NCBI GenBank assembly: GCA_964592785.1
Contig: CAZQHU010000004.1
Coordinates: 72-64,071, forward strand
Direction of reading: 5' to 3'
Length of the DNA stretch: 64,000 bases
Source: an uncultured Gammaproteobacteria bacterium
Lineage (GTDB): Bacteria; Patescibacteriota; Patescibacteriia; Magasanikbacterales; UBA922
A program made the translations under genes and the position numbers. The number at the start of each line of letters is the position of its first letter. Position 1 is the first letter of the stretch. Positions 27,333 through 37,957 of the stretch are shown here, one piece after another. The notes under the pieces are model-generated. The model made no database searches. It was not told where the DNA came from and worked only from the letters and a program-made list of their open reading frames with translations.

Positions 27333-28172
27333 CTAGTTTTGTGGTTTTAAATTGTTAGTTTTGAACTTTGATGTTTGAGTTTTGAGTTGATTTTCTCCAG
27401 GTCTTCTTGTCACCACTATCGGTTCTCCTTCAGTAATAATCACTGTATGTTCAAAGTGAGCGCATAGAGATTTATCAGCAGTAGAAATACTCCAGCCATC
27501 ATCAGCAGTTATCACTTGGTGACTCCCCAAAGTAAGCATTGGTTCTATAGCAATAACGACCCCTGGACGCAACTCCCATTTTTCCAAATTAGGATCATAG
27601 TAATTGGGGACTCGCGGATCTTCGTGCACTTCATGTCCTACCCCATGGCCTACTAAATCACGCACTATTCCATAATTACCTTTATTTTTTACATATTTTT
27701 CTATAGCCCGACCGATATCAGCCACAGTCTTACCTGCCACACACTGTTCAATACCAACTTCCAAGGCCTCCTGTGTTGTCCAAAGCAATTGTTTTGTCTT
27801 TTTGGGAACATCACCAACAATCACTGTAATGGCAGTGTCTGTGAAATATTGCTCATATTCCATGCCGATATCAATAGTAAAAATATCACCATTTTTAAAA
27901 ACTTTATCCTTAGTGGCTATACCATGAACCAATTCTTCATTAACACAAGCGCAGATGGTAGTGGGAAAAGGCGGATCATGTTTACGACTTTTATAACCCT
28001 TAAAAGCCGGTCGTCCACCAGCCAAACGAATCAATTTTTCAGCCTCCAAATCAATCTCAAAAGCACTTACGCCTGGCTTGGCCATAGACGAAAGTTTTTC
28101 AAGTATCTCTCCAATAATTTTTCCACCAACAATAATTTTTTCAATTTCTTCCTGTTTTTTGATATAAGCCAT
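27333..28172 (-). CDS. map: Type I methionine aminopeptidase
   Basis: VNEELVHG, DIG, TDTA, GHGVG..VHE, AIEPM, AHFEHT; repeat-derived C-terminal tail. Confidence 0.96.
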   Translation of the reverse strand: MAYIKKQEEIEKIIVGGKIIGEILEKLSSMAKPGVSAFEIDLEAEKLIRLAGGRPAFKGYKSRKHDPPFPTTICACVNEELVHGIATKDKVFKNGDIFTIDIGMEYEQYFTDTAITVIVGDVPKKTKQLLWTTQEALEVGIEQCVAGKTVADIGRAIEKYVKNKGNYGIVRDLVGHGVGHEVHEDPRVPNYYDPNLEKWELRPGVVIAIEPMLTLGSHQVITADDGWSISTADKSLCAHFEHTVIITEGEPIVVTRRPGENQLKTQTSKFKTNNLKPQN

Positions 28173-28220
28173 ACATCTACATTTTACAATAAAAAAATGG
28201 CTTTTACAAGCCATTTTTAA

Positions 28221-28877
28221 TTAAAACAACTTTTCGATTTCTTCATCTACTCGATCAATATTTTCTTCACCATCCACACTTGTCAAAAGCCCCAAATCTC
28301 GATAATAATCCAAAATTGGTTTAATAGCCACATTTCCTTGGTCTTGAATACGTTGTTTAATAGTTTCTGGATTGTCGTCTTTTCTAATTATCAATTCTCC
28401 ACCACACTCAGGGCATTTATTTTCAAATTCACTGTCCGGTGAATAAGGAAGAATAAAACCACAAGCTGGACAAATCTTTCTTTTGGTTAGACGATTCCAG
28501 CTAGTTTCATCACTTAATTTAATTTCAATCACTATGACCTCACTGGCCAAATTTTTACTTTCAAAAAATTCCTGATATTTCTTGGCCTGATCAAGATTTC
28601 TAATAGCGCCATCTAAAATGACTCCTTGATTATTATTCAAATATTTTTCTATTTCGGCAAAAGCTAATTTGTAAATTAAACTGTCAGAAACCAACTTACC
28701 AGCTTTCATATCAGCCAACATTTTTTTATCTTCTGGATCAGCAGTAGGATTGGCGTCTAAAGAGCGCAGTAAATCACCTGTAGAAATATGAGCATAGGCA
28801 TGACGTTGGGCCAAAACTCGTGCTTGCGTCCCTTTACCTGAACCAGGAACACCCATGAGAATAATGATTTTTTTCAT
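28221..28877 (-). CDS. adk: Adenylate kinase with Zn-binding lid
   Basis: GVPGSGKGTQ, HISTGDLLR, CPAC...CPEC, RKDD. Confidence 0.95.
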   Translation of the reverse strand: MKKIIILMGVPGSGKGTQARVLAQRHAYAHISTGDLLRSLDANPTADPEDKKMLADMKAGKLVSDSLIYKLAFAEIEKYLNNNQGVILDGAIRNLDQAKKYQEFFESKNLASEVIVIEIKLSDETSWNRLTKRKICPACGFILPYSPDSEFENKCPECGGELIIRKDDNPETIKQRIQDQGNVAIKPILDYYRDLGLLTSVDGEENIDRVDEEIEKLF

Positions 28878-28878
28878 A

Positions 28879-29178
28879 TTATTTATTTTTAAAATATTCC
28901 CCAAAAACTTTCATTAAACTTGCCTTGTCTTCGTGACTAATTTTGTAATTATCTTTGAGTTTGGTCAAAACCTGGTAAATTTGTCGAAGAGAAATTTTAC
29001 CATCTCCACGACGCCGAGCCATTATAGCTTGTTCGACTTCAGTCTCATCATTTTTACTTAAACTAATCACATTAGCCGCTGACACCAACTTTTTAATTTC
29101 TCCTTCACTAAACGTTTGTTCGTGATCAGAATATTGACTACCAGCAACAGACCCAAAAATAGTGCTAAATAAACCCAT
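28879..29178 (-). CDS. Hypothetical protein
   Basis: 99-aa ORF abutting adk. Confidence 0.7.
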   Translation of the reverse strand: MGLFSTIFGSVAGSQYSDHEQTFSEGEIKKLVSAANVISLSKNDETEVEQAIMARRRGDGKISLRQIYQVLTKLKDNYKISHEDKASLMKVFGEYFKNK

Positions 29179-29304
29179 ATTTTTGCTAATTTAAAACAAA
29201 AATATCATATCACTTTTTTATTTTTAAGTCAACAAAAACCGCCTATTGGCGGTTTTATTAATTTCTTAATTTCCTAGTTTTTAAATTTCTTCGTTACTGC
29301 AAAG

Positions 29305-29352
29305 GGATCCTTCGACTTCATTCGGCTAACGTCTCACTCCGTTCAGGATGAC
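29305..29352. repeat. REP-like element after the secY stop
   Basis: GGATCCTTCGAC...GTTCAGGATGAC. Confidence 0.75.
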
Positions 29353-29362
29353 GCTCCCCTCG

Positions 29363-30634
29363 TCACATCCGATCATATTCATGCACCTCAATCTGTGCGT
29401 CAATTTGTTTAGCGGTTTCAATAGCTACTGACACCACGATTAACAGCGAAGTACCACCAATTACCAAAGATTGAGTACCAGTGAAAGCACGTAAAATAAG
29501 TGGCAGAATAGCAATAAGACCTAAAAACAAAGCCCCCACAAAAATCAACCGACTCATAGTATGCCCCAAATATTCTTCTGTCTGTTTGCCTGGACGAATG
29601 CCAGGAATAAAACCACCTTGTCTTTGCAAATTTTCGGCAATTTTTTGTGGATGAAAAATAACTGCCGTGTAAAAATAAGTAAAACCAAATACCAAAACAA
29701 AATACAGAACAGCGTAAAATAATTGATTATTAAATAAATCTACCACCCAACGTGATAAAGACCCAATAAATCCAGCTTTATTAACCAAAAACTGGGCAAC
29801 CATAGAAGGAAAAACGATAATGGAAATCGCAAAAATAATCGGAATCACTCCAGCCATATTTACACGTAAGGGTAAATGGGTACTTGAACCACCATACATT
29901 TTATTACCTCTCACTTGTTTGGCATAAGAAACCGGAATATTTCTTTGACCTTCACTAATAACTACCACACCAACTACAGTAACAACGGCGATAAAAATAA
30001 ACAATAAATATGTATATAAATCAGCCGGATTATAATTTATTACAGCTTGTTGAATAGTACTAGGAAGACTAGCAACTATACCAGAAAAAATCAAAAGAGA
30101 AATACCATTGCCAATCTTTTGTTCAGTAATAAGTTCACCAATCCACATCAAAAAAACTGTGCCAGCAGTAATAGTGATCATTATCAAGGTCAACTTGACA
30201 GCTGTAAGATCGGGAATAATTCCATATTGTGACTGGCCCAAAAGTTTTATCATACCAAAAGCTTGCAATAAAGCCAAAGGTACAGTGGCCAAACGGGTAT
30301 ACATGCTAATTTTTTGTTGCCCACTTTCACCCTCTTTGGACAATTCTTCCAAACTGGGAACAATCATGGTCAAAAGCTGAAAAATAATAGAAGCAGTAAT
30401 ATAAGGTGCCACACCTAACATCACTATGGAAAAATTTTCCATAGTACCACCAGAAAAAACATTGAGCAAACCCAAAATTTGATTACTGGAAAGAAATTGT
30501 TTCAAAGCATCGGCATCAATACCCGGAACCGGAATATGTGCCACCAAACGAAAAACAACCAACATCCCCAAAACAAAAAATACTTTATTTCTCAAATCTT
30601 TAATTTTCCAAACTCGAAGAATTTTTTCCCACAT
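29363..30634 (-). CDS. secY: Preprotein translocase SecY
   Basis: HIPVPG, LGVAPYITASII, IGNGISL, AGVIPIIFA, IPGIRPG, GGTSLLIVV. Confidence 0.98.
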   Translation of the reverse strand: MWEKILRVWKIKDLRNKVFFVLGMLVVFRLVAHIPVPGIDADALKQFLSSNQILGLLNVFSGGTMENFSIVMLGVAPYITASIIFQLLTMIVPSLEELSKEGESGQQKISMYTRLATVPLALLQAFGMIKLLGQSQYGIIPDLTAVKLTLIMITITAGTVFLMWIGELITEQKIGNGISLLIFSGIVASLPSTIQQAVINYNPADLYTYLLFIFIAVVTVVGVVVISEGQRNIPVSYAKQVRGNKMYGGSSTHLPLRVNMAGVIPIIFAISIIVFPSMVAQFLVNKAGFIGSLSRWVVDLFNNQLFYAVLYFVLVFGFTYFYTAVIFHPQKIAENLQRQGGFIPGIRPGKQTEEYLGHTMSRLIFVGALFLGLIAILPLILRAFTGTQSLVIGGTSLLIVVSVAIETAKQIDAQIEVHEYDRM

Positions 30635-30642
30635 AGCTATTT

Positions 30643-30738
30643 GTCATTCCCGCGAAAGCAGGAATCTAATTAAATATTTCTGGATCGTTGTCTTGCACCA
30701 CCACTAAAGTCTTAGCAATACACGATCACAGGGATGAC
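30643..30738. repeat. REP-like doublet between rplO and secY
   Basis: GTCATTCCCGCGAAAGCAGGAATCT ... GGGATGAC. Confidence 0.75.
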
Positions 30739-30742
30739 AATC

Positions 30743-31186
30743 TTAAAAAGTGATCTTTCCACCAGCTTTCTCAATGGCTTCTATAGATTTCTTGCTAGCT
30801 ACACAACCTTTAATCACTACTTTTTTGGTCAATTCACCGCTTGCCACAATCTTCACCCCATTTTGAGGACGAGAAATAATACCTTTTTTATCCAAAAATA
30901 TAGGAGTAATTTCCTTACCTTCTTCAGCCACACGATTCAAAACTGACAAAGTAACTGTCTCGGCCTTAGGATACATACTCTTGAAACCACGGACTTTGGG
31001 AATTTTTTGTAAATAAGCTTTAAAGCCACGGATTTGAGTGCGTTTTTTACCACCTGATCTGGCTGTTTGACCTTTACCACCGCGTCCAGAGTAAGTACCT
31101 TTACCAGAAGCATTACCGCGACCAAGACGTTTGGATTTTTTTCTAGAACCTAAAGCAGGTTTAATTGTTGCTGGAGTCAATACCAT
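30743..31186 (-). CDS. rplO: 50S ribosomal protein L15
   Basis: RLGRGNASGKGTYSGRGGKGQTARSG. Confidence 0.97.
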   Translation of the reverse strand: MVLTPATIKPALGSRKKSKRLGRGNASGKGTYSGRGGKGQTARSGGKKRTQIRGFKAYLQKIPKVRGFKSMYPKAETVTLSVLNRVAEEGKEITPIFLDKKGIISRPQNGVKIVASGELTKKVVIKGCVASKKSIEAIEKAGGKITF

Positions 31187-31197
31187 ATTTTTTAAAA

Positions 31198-31788
31198 TTA
31201 TTTCTCTTCTTTCTTATCTATTTTTTTATAAATTTTTTTATCGGTTTTTTCTATCTTTTTTTCTTCTTCTACTTCATTCGTAGTTTCTTTTTTGACCTGA
31301 ACCCTAGGTTTAACTTTAAAAGACTGCAAAGCTGAAAAAGTGGCTTTGATATTGTTCATTTTATTACCACTCTTACCCAACATCTTGGCAGAAGCATTTG
31401 GCACGCCAGCCATTTCCAAAACAGCTCGTATTGAACCACCGGCAATAATACCAGAACCACGTGGAGCTGGCTTTAAAAGTACTTTTGCGGCTTTATACTT
31501 GGCTATTGTTTGATGAGGAATAGTTTCAAAACGAAAAGGGATGTTTATCAAATTTTTCTTAGCTTGATTGACAGCTTTTTCCACTGCCAATTGAACATCC
31601 TTACCTTTGTCTACTCCATAACCAACTCGGCCACGACGATCGCCAATCAAAACTGTAGCTCGAAAACTCAATTGTTTACCACCTTTGGTAACACGAGTCA
31701 CACGAGCCAAATCAATAATTTGTTGGTCAAATTCTGGCTTTTCTTTTTTAAATTGTTCTTTGCCTTTGCCTTTGCCTTTAAATGCCAT
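31198..31788 (-). CDS. rpsE: 30S ribosomal protein S5
   Basis: RVTRVTKGGK, PAPRGSGIIAGG. Confidence 0.97.
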   Translation of the reverse strand: MAFKGKGKGKEQFKKEKPEFDQQIIDLARVTRVTKGGKQLSFRATVLIGDRRGRVGYGVDKGKDVQLAVEKAVNQAKKNLINIPFRFETIPHQTIAKYKAAKVLLKPAPRGSGIIAGGSIRAVLEMAGVPNASAKMLGKSGNKMNNIKATFSALQSFKVKPRVQVKKETTNEVEEEKKIEKTDKKIYKKIDKKEEK

Positions 31789-31821
31789 ATAATTTATTCA
31801 ATCTTTTTACAAAAATAAAAA

Positions 31822-32190
31822 CTAAAATTGTAAACCAGCTTCGCGAGCACCTTCGGCGACTGCTTGCACGCGACCATGATAACGATAACCAGCACGATCA
31901 AACACTACTTTGGTAATCCCCTTCTCCTTGGCCTGAACGCCCAAAGCTTTTCCCACAGCAAAAGCTGCTGCTGCTTTACCGTTATATTTTTCATTTTTTT
32001 CAGATTTGATATTCACACTGCTCACTCCCACCAAAGTAACCCCTTTTTCATCATCGATCAACTGTGCAAAAACACTCTTCAAGCTACGAAAAACATTAAG
32101 CCTGGGGCAATCAGCTGTACCAAAAACCTGAGCCCTCACTCTAGCGCGACGTCTCTCTCTGGAACTCTCTTTTTTAATAATCTTTTTCAT
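31822..32190 (-). CDS. rplR: 50S ribosomal protein L18
   Basis: PRLNVFRS, VFDRAGYRYHGRV. Confidence 0.97.
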   Translation of the reverse strand: MKKIIKKESSRERRRARVRAQVFGTADCPRLNVFRSLKSVFAQLIDDEKGVTLVGVSSVNIKSEKNEKYNGKAAAAFAVGKALGVQAKEKGITKVVFDRAGYRYHGRVQAVAEGAREAGLQF

Positions 32191-32220
32191 ATTTTTTAAA
32201 GCTTTTTAAGAAAAATCGGA

Positions 32221-32766
32221 TTAAGAACCGCCTTTTACTGCTTTACCAGCTTTACGACGAATAACTTCTTCCAAATATTTAATTCCTTTGCCTTTATAAG
32301 GTTCTGGTTTTTTAACTTCACGTAATTCGGCCGCGATTTTACCCAAAAGCTCTTTATTCGCCCCCTCTAAAGTAATAAGATTTTTCTCAACACTAGCCTT
32401 GACACCTTCCGGTATTTGAAAAATCACTGGATGTGAATAACCAACTTCCAACTTCAAATCTTTACCTTGCATCGCAACTTTGTAACCAACTCCATTAATT
32501 TCCAATTGTTTTTTGAAACCCTCACTAACTCCGACTGTCATATTTTTCAAATGGGCTCCAAAAGTACCCCAAAGTGATCTTTCTTTTTTGTCTTCTTTAT
32601 TTTTTACATCTACTGTCAAAACACCATCAACCAGTTTAACTTCAACTCGAGAATCCAAAGCTCTCTCCCATTCACCTTTGGGACCTTTCATACGAATGGA
32701 ATCATTTTTTAATTCAACTGTCACTCCTGCTGGCACTTTGATTTGTTGTTTTCCTATTCTAGACAT
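32221..32766 (-). CDS. rplF: 50S ribosomal protein L6
   Basis: MSRIGK, PEPYKGKGI. Confidence 0.97.
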   Translation of the reverse strand: MSRIGKQQIKVPAGVTVELKNDSIRMKGPKGEWERALDSRVEVKLVDGVLTVDVKNKEDKKERSLWGTFGAHLKNMTVGVSEGFKKQLEINGVGYKVAMQGKDLKLEVGYSHPVIFQIPEGVKASVEKNLITLEGANKELLGKIAAELREVKKPEPYKGKGIKYLEEVIRRKAGKAVKGGS

Positions 32767-32767
32767 A

Positions 32768-33157
32768 TTAGTATACTGAACAAATTATTTCTCCACCAAT
32801 ACCCAATTCTCTGGCTTTTTTATTAGTCATAAGACCTTGAGAAGTGGAAACAATGGCTATACCATAATCGTTTAAAATTTTTGGTAAATCCTTACTGGTG
32901 CAATACTGACGATGACCTGGCTTACTAGCGCGTTCCAAATTACGAATTACTCCTTGACGGCCTTCGTATTTCAAAGTCAAAAGCAATTGGCTAGGTTTGC
33001 CCTCTTGTTCTTCTACCTTGGCTAAATAATTTTCAGCTAACAAAATTTCGGCCACAGCTTTTTTCAATTTTGAAGCAGGCACCATTACTTCCGCTTTCCC
33101 AGCTCGCTGGGCATTGCGGATGCGTGTAAGCATGTCAGCAATAGGATCAGTCATCAT
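32768..33157 (-). CDS. rpsH: 30S ribosomal protein S8
   Basis: DPIADMLTRIRNA, GIGGE. Confidence 0.97.
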   Translation of the reverse strand: MMTDPIADMLTRIRNAQRAGKAEVMVPASKLKKAVAEILLAENYLAKVEEQEGKPSQLLLTLKYEGRQGVIRNLERASKPGHRQYCTSKDLPKILNDYGIAIVSTSQGLMTNKKARELGIGGEIICSVY

Positions 33158-33204
33158 AAATATTGTTTATTCAATTCAAAAATTTTATTAAATTATTTAT
33201 AAAT

Positions 33205-33390
33205 TTACCAACTAGATTTCCTCACACCCGGTAACTTACCTTGATTGGCCAACTCACGGAAACAAATACGGCAAAGATTGAACTTGCGCATATAGCCATG
33301 CTTACGACCACAGCGCCAACAACGACGCACCTCTCGGGTACTATACTTAGGAACTCTTTTTGATTTTGCAATTTGCGATTCTGTCGCCAT
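33205..33390 (-). CDS. rpsN: 30S ribosomal protein S14 (Zn-binding type)
   Basis: RCWRCGR...LCRICFRE...PGVRKSSW. Confidence 0.97.
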   Translation of the reverse strand: MATESQIAKSKRVPKYSTREVRRCWRCGRKHGYMRKFNLCRICFRELANQGKLPGVRKSSW

Positions 33391-33394
33391 AAAA

Positions 33395-33940
33395 TTAATC
33401 CTTTTTAAATGGAAAACCTAATTTTTCAAGTAAAGCCAAACCTTCGGCACGATTCTTGGCATTGGTATTGATCACGACCTGTAAACCATGCAACTTATCC
33501 ACGGCGTCACTCTTGATCTCTGGAAAAGCAATGTGTTCTTTAAAACCAATGGAATAATTACCTTGTTTATCAAAACTTTTAGTAGAAATGCCACGAAAAT
33601 CACGCACTCGAGGAAAAGTAATACTAATTAACTTATCCAAAAAATCATACATTCTCTTGCCACGCAAAGTCACTGAAACTCCAATATTCATACCTTCTCT
33701 AATTTTGAAGTTGGAAATAGATTTGCTGGCTTTATTATGTACTACTTTTTGACCACTAATCGCTTGCAAGGTTTCTACTACATTATCTATAAAAGCAGCT
33801 TCTTTTACATGTTTGCCATAACCAACATTCAAAACCACCTTCATCAATTTTGGTACTTGTAAAATACTCCTATAACCAAAATCTTTTTGCAAAGCTGGCA
33901 CTACTTCTTTTTTGTATTTTGTATATAATCTAGATTCCAT
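33395..33940 (-). CDS. rplE: 50S ribosomal protein L5
   Basis: [19 protein letters not shown]. Confidence 0.97.
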   Translation of the reverse strand: MESRLYTKYKKEVVPALQKDFGYRSILQVPKLMKVVLNVGYGKHVKEAAFIDNVVETLQAISGQKVVHNKASKSISNFKIREGMNIGVSVTLRGKRMYDFLDKLISITFPRVRDFRGISTKSFDKQGNYSIGFKEHIAFPEIKSDAVDKLHGLQVVINTNAKNRAEGLALLEKLGFPFKKD

Positions 33941-33949
33941 AATATTTCA

Positions 33950-34270
33950 TTAATCAATATATTCTCCACTTACCTTGGCTACACGTTTCTTTTCTTTACC
34001 TTCTTGCTTATAACCTACTCTGGTTGGTTTGCCAGACTTAGGATCAAGAAGCATCACTTTACTAACATGCAGAGGAGCTGGTAATTCTATGATCTGACCT
34101 TTTTCTCCTTGACGGCGAGGACGAATATGTTTTTTCAATAAGTTGAGACCTTCAACCACCACATAAATTTTATTATTCTTTTTATTGGTCAAAACCTGAA
34201 TCACCTTGCCTTGTTTGCCTCGGCTTTTTCCAGATAAAACTTTTACTTTGTCACCTGTTTTTATTTTCAT
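33950..34270 (-). CDS. rplX: 50S ribosomal protein L24
   Basis: IKTGDKVKVLSGK, PLHVSKV. Confidence 0.97.
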   Translation of the reverse strand: MKIKTGDKVKVLSGKSRGKQGKVIQVLTNKKNNKIYVVVEGLNLLKKHIRPRRQGEKGQIIELPAPLHVSKVMLLDPKSGKPTRVGYKQEGKEKKRVAKVSGEYID

Positions 34271-34271
34271 A

Positions 34272-34643
34272 TTACAAAACTTCAGGAGCTAAGGAAATAA
34301 TTTTTTGAAAACCTTCATTGCGCAACTCTCTGGCCACTGGTCCAAAAATACGAGTGCCTTTGATTTCTTTGGTTTTTTTGTCAACAATCACCGCAGCATT
34401 ATCATCAAAACGAATATAAGTACCATCTGGACGACGCATTTCTTTATGTTGACGCACAATAACCGCATGCACCACTTCACCTTTTTTCACGCCAGCACGA
34501 GGTACAGCTTCTTTGACACTGCAAGTAATAATATCACCAATCCGGGCGTAACGTTTTTTATAACCACCCAAAACACGGATGCACATCAATTTCTTGGCGC
34601 CACTATTGTCTGCTACTTGTAACATGGTGCGATGTTGAATCAT
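34272..34643 (-). CDS. rplN: 50S ribosomal protein L14
   Basis: [23 protein letters not shown]. Confidence 0.98.
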   Translation of the reverse strand: MIQHRTMLQVADNSGAKKLMCIRVLGGYKKRYARIGDIITCSVKEAVPRAGVKKGEVVHAVIVRQHKEMRRPDGTYIRFDDNAAVIVDKKTKEIKGTRIFGPVARELRNEGFQKIISLAPEVL

Positions 34644-34648
34644 ATAAT

Positions 34649-34915
34649 TTAAGCTTGTTTTTGTATTTTAACTAAACGCCAACGTTTCATCTTGGACAGA
34701 GGGCGACATTCCTGAAAAATAACTAGATCTCCAATTTTAGCCAAACCTTGTTCATCATGAACAGCATATTTTTTACTCACTGGATATTGTTTTTTATATT
34801 TGGGATGAGTGACTTTTGTCTTTACCAAAACCTGAATGGTCTTCATACCGCTTTTTTTTATCACCTCTCCATTGAACTGGCGATGAATAGAATTTGTTTT
34901 CTTTGTCTCGGCCAT
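34649..34915 (-). CDS. rpsQ: 30S ribosomal protein S17
   Basis: HPKYKK, HDE, ECRPLSK. Confidence 0.96.
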   Translation of the reverse strand: MAETKKTNSIHRQFNGEVIKKSGMKTIQVLVKTKVTHPKYKKQYPVSKKYAVHDEQGLAKIGDLVIFQECRPLSKMKRWRLVKIQKQA

Positions 34916-34921
34916 AAACTA

Positions 34922-35131
34922 TTAATTATCTTTTTTAACTTGGTCTTCTTTTTTTAATTTTAACAAAGTCAAAACCTGCGCTACTGCCAAACGAGTTTTC
35001 TTGATGGCTCGAACATTTTTCAACTGTTTCTCACCAACTTTAAATTTCAATTCGTGCAATTCTTGACGTTTTTCAGCCAAAAGTTCTTGTAATTCTTTGA
35101 TTGATTTGTGTTTTAAATCTGCAAAATCCAT
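34922..35131 (-). CDS. rpmC: 50S ribosomal protein L29
   Basis: Size, synteny, helical basic pattern. Confidence 0.93.
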   Translation of the reverse strand: MDFADLKHKSIKELQELLAEKRQELHELKFKVGEKQLKNVRAIKKTRLAVAQVLTLLKLKKEDQVKKDN

Positions 35132-35132
35132 A

Positions 35133-35549
35133 TTAAACTAATTTTTTAGAAAATCTTGTCTTAACTGGTAATTTGTACCCAGCTTCAGTAAGGGCCTGGC
35201 GAGCAGATTCTTCAGTGATGCCATCCATTTCAAACATAACTGTACCTGGTTTAACAGTGATTACATAACGATCAGGAGAACCTTTACCCCCACCCATTGG
35301 CACTTCTGCACCCTTTTTGGTAACTGGACGATCGGGAAAAATTCTAATCCAAACCTTTCCCCCACGACGCACAAATCTGGTAAGCACGCGACGTGCTGCT
35401 TCAATCTGACGAGAAGAAACCCAAGCTGTGCTCAAGGACACCAACCCATAACTACCAAAAGACACTTTGTTGGTACGAGTAGCCACACCTTTTTCTCTAC
35501 GTCTCAATTTATGCCATTTTCTGTGTTTTACTTTTTTCGGTAATAACAT
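35133..35549 (-). CDS. rplP: 50S ribosomal protein L16
   Basis: QIEAARR, WIRIFPD, MGGGKG. Confidence 0.97.
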   Translation of the reverse strand: MLLPKKVKHRKWHKLRRREKGVATRTNKVSFGSYGLVSLSTAWVSSRQIEAARRVLTRFVRRGGKVWIRIFPDRPVTKKGAEVPMGGGKGSPDRYVITVKPGTVMFEMDGITEESARQALTEAGYKLPVKTRFSKKLV

Positions 35550-35564
35550 ACTATAATTCTCCTA

Positions 35565-36275
35565 TTATTTTTCTTTTCTAATTTCTTTTTTCTTTTCACC
35601 TTCTTTATTTTCTTCAAGATTTTCAGCAAATTTGTCCTTGCGTCCAAAAACTTTGCCATGACAAATCCAAACTTTAATGCCGATCTTGCCATAAATAGTA
35701 TGGGCTTCGCTAAAGGCATAATCCACATCACTACGCAAAGTAATCAATGGCACTGTGCCAGTAGCCAACTTTTCACGGCGAGCAATCTCTACTCCATTTA
35801 GACGACCAGACATCATTACTTTCACTCCTTGAGCGCCAGCTTTCATTACTCTCTCCATAGTCTGTTTCATCACTCGGCGAAAAGGAATACGACGTTCAAT
35901 GTCACCAGCCATGGTATCGGCCACTACTTGAGCAGATAAAGCTGGAGAATGAACTTCTTTTATATTCAATTTTACTCTCAACGACATTTGTAAAAATTTC
36001 TTTTCAATTTCTTTTTTTAAATCTTCCAAACCCTTACCACCACGACCGATCACAAAACCCGGCTTAGCGGCAAAAATATTAACCACCATTTCTTTAGGGC
36101 TGCGCTCAATACTTATTGAATCAATATGAGCTTCTTTCAATTTCTTTGTCAAAAAATCACGAATCTTGTTTTCTTGTTCAGCAAACTTAGCATAGTTATT
36201 TTTGGAAAACCAGCGTGAATCCCAAGTATAAATTACTTGTAAACGGTGAGCTTTTGGATGGACTTTATGACCCAT
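35565..36275 (-). CDS. rpsC: 30S ribosomal protein S3
   Basis: MGHKVHP, PGFVIGRGG, GRLNGVEIAR. Confidence 0.97.
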   Translation of the reverse strand: MGHKVHPKAHRLQVIYTWDSRWFSKNNYAKFAEQENKIRDFLTKKLKEAHIDSISIERSPKEMVVNIFAAKPGFVIGRGGKGLEDLKKEIEKKFLQMSLRVKLNIKEVHSPALSAQVVADTMAGDIERRIPFRRVMKQTMERVMKAGAQGVKVMMSGRLNGVEIARREKLATGTVPLITLRSDVDYAFSEAHTIYGKIGIKVWICHGKVFGRKDKFAENLEENKEGEKKKEIRKEK

Positions 36276-36301
36276 ATTAACAATTTTCAATTTTCAAAAA
36301 T

Positions 36302-36748
36302 TTAATCTTTTAACTTTTCTTCCTTTTTTGAAGTTTTTACTTCTTTTTTAACTTCTTTTTTAACTTCTTTAATTTTTTTATCTTCAGAATTTTTAGATTT
36401 TTTTTCTTGAGCTTCACCTTCCAAAACCAAAGTGATGTGTGAAGTGCGCTTACGAATCGGAGTGGCACGACCCATGGCTTTGGGCATCCAACGATAAAGA
36501 ATCGGACCGCCATCTACCATGATTGATTTGATTCGCAAAGTTCCTTTGTCAATTTTAAAATCATTGATAGCATTGGCAATGGCTGACTGTAATAATTTCA
36601 ATACTGGACGTTTAGCTTCTTTATTCAAAGTCTGTAAGCGCATCAAAGCTTGATCCACTTTCAAACCACGAATAAAATCAGCTACCAATCTCACTTTTCT
36701 CGGAGCCATGCGCAAATGTCTCAATTTTGCTGTTGCTTGTGTTTTCAT
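36302..36748 (-). CDS. rplV: 50S ribosomal protein L22
   Basis: APRKVRLVAD, SAIANA, RTSHIT. Confidence 0.97.
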   Translation of the reverse strand: MKTQATAKLRHLRMAPRKVRLVADFIRGLKVDQALMRLQTLNKEAKRPVLKLLQSAIANAINDFKIDKGTLRIKSIMVDGGPILYRWMPKAMGRATPIRKRTSHITLVLEGEAQEKKSKNSEDKKIKEVKKEVKKEVKTSKKEEKLKD

Positions 36749-36753
36749 AAACT

Positions 36754-37086
36754 TTATGCCTTTTTAGCCGCTGCCGCAGCAGGAGCTGCAGCCGGTGCGG
36801 CACTGGCCTTGGCTTGTTCCTTGGCCATCTTGCCACCATGAACAACAAACTTACGAGTTGGGGCAAATTCTCCCAATTTATGTCCCACCATATTTTCTTC
36901 TACAAAGACTGCCAAAAAATCACGGCCATTGTGCACAGAAAAATTCATTCCCACCATTTCTGGGGTAATCGTAGAGGCGCGAGCCCAAGTTTTGATGGGT
37001 TTGCGATCTCCACTGACTTTGGCTTTAGTGACCTTTTGCATCAATTTTTCATCTACATAAGGTCCTTTTCTCAAACTTCTAGACAT
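36754..37086 (-). CDS. rpsS: 30S ribosomal protein S19
   Basis: [22 protein letters not shown]. Confidence 0.97.
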   Translation of the reverse strand: MSRSLRKGPYVDEKLMQKVTKAKVSGDRKPIKTWARASTITPEMVGMNFSVHNGRDFLAVFVEENMVGHKLGEFAPTRKFVVHGGKMAKEQAKASAAPAAAPAAAAAKKA

Positions 37087-37100
37087 AAATTATCAAAAAA

Positions 37101-37943
37101 TTAGTTTTTCTTTTTTCTTCTCTGAATAATAAATTTGTTGCTCCATTTACCTGGCTGTCTGGTCTTGACACCCATGGCCTTCTTACCCCATTTGGTCTTA
37201 GGACCACCTTTCAAACCGATTGGTGAATGACCCTCACCACCACCATGTGGGTGATCAACTGGGTTCATATTTTTACCTTTCACTGTCGGACGAATACCGC
37301 GATATCTCATGCGACCAGCTTTACCCCAACGAACCAAATTGTAATATTCATTACCAACAAGACCAATACTGGCAGCACAATTTTTCTTAATCAAACGCAT
37401 TTCTCCAGAAGGTAATTTCAATTGAGCATAGTCTCCTTCAATTACTTGAAGCTGAGCTCCATTACCTGCACCACGCACCATTTGTCCACCTTTACCAGCA
37501 GTCATTTCTACATTATGTACAAATAAACCGATTGGCACATATTCCAATGGCATACGATTGCCAACCTTAGCTTCAATTTTTCCAGAACTAGACATGACTT
37601 TATCACCAACTTTTACACCCTGAGGTGCCAACCAATAAGCCTTTTGACCGCCAACATACTCAACAAGCATCACTCTCGCACCACGATTTGGATCATATTC
37701 AATGGCTTTTACTTCGGCTTCTACATCAAAATTTTGTTGTTTAAAATCAACTAAACGATATAACCTTTTGACCCCACCGCCCTGATGACGAACAGTGATG
37801 TTACCAGTGTTATTTCTTCCTGATTTCTTTTTTAAAACTGTCACCAAACTCTTCTCTGGATAATTCTTGGTAATATCAGAAAAATCCTGAACGCTTGATT
37901 TACGTCTTCCAGGAGTAGTTGGTTTGTAAACTTTAATTCCCAT
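37101..37943 (-). CDS. rplB: 50S ribosomal protein L2
   Basis: IEYDPNR, MNPVDHPHGGGEG. Confidence 0.98.
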   Translation of the reverse strand: MGIKVYKPTTPGRRKSSVQDFSDITKNYPEKSLVTVLKKKSGRNNTGNITVRHQGGGVKRLYRLVDFKQQNFDVEAEVKAIEYDPNRGARVMLVEYVGGQKAYWLAPQGVKVGDKVMSSSGKIEAKVGNRMPLEYVPIGLFVHNVEMTAGKGGQMVRGAGNGAQLQVIEGDYAQLKLPSGEMRLIKKNCAASIGLVGNEYYNLVRWGKAGRMRYRGIRPTVKGKNMNPVDHPHGGGEGHSPIGLKGGPKTKWGKKAMGVKTRQPGKWSNKFIIQRRKKKN

Positions 37944-37957
37944 ATTTTCTTAAAAAA

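Noticed and set aside
31186-31198. Missing rpmD (L30); alpha operon absent after map
   Set aside because: L30 loss is an established CPR trait, and the alpha operon is probably elsewhere in the genome.
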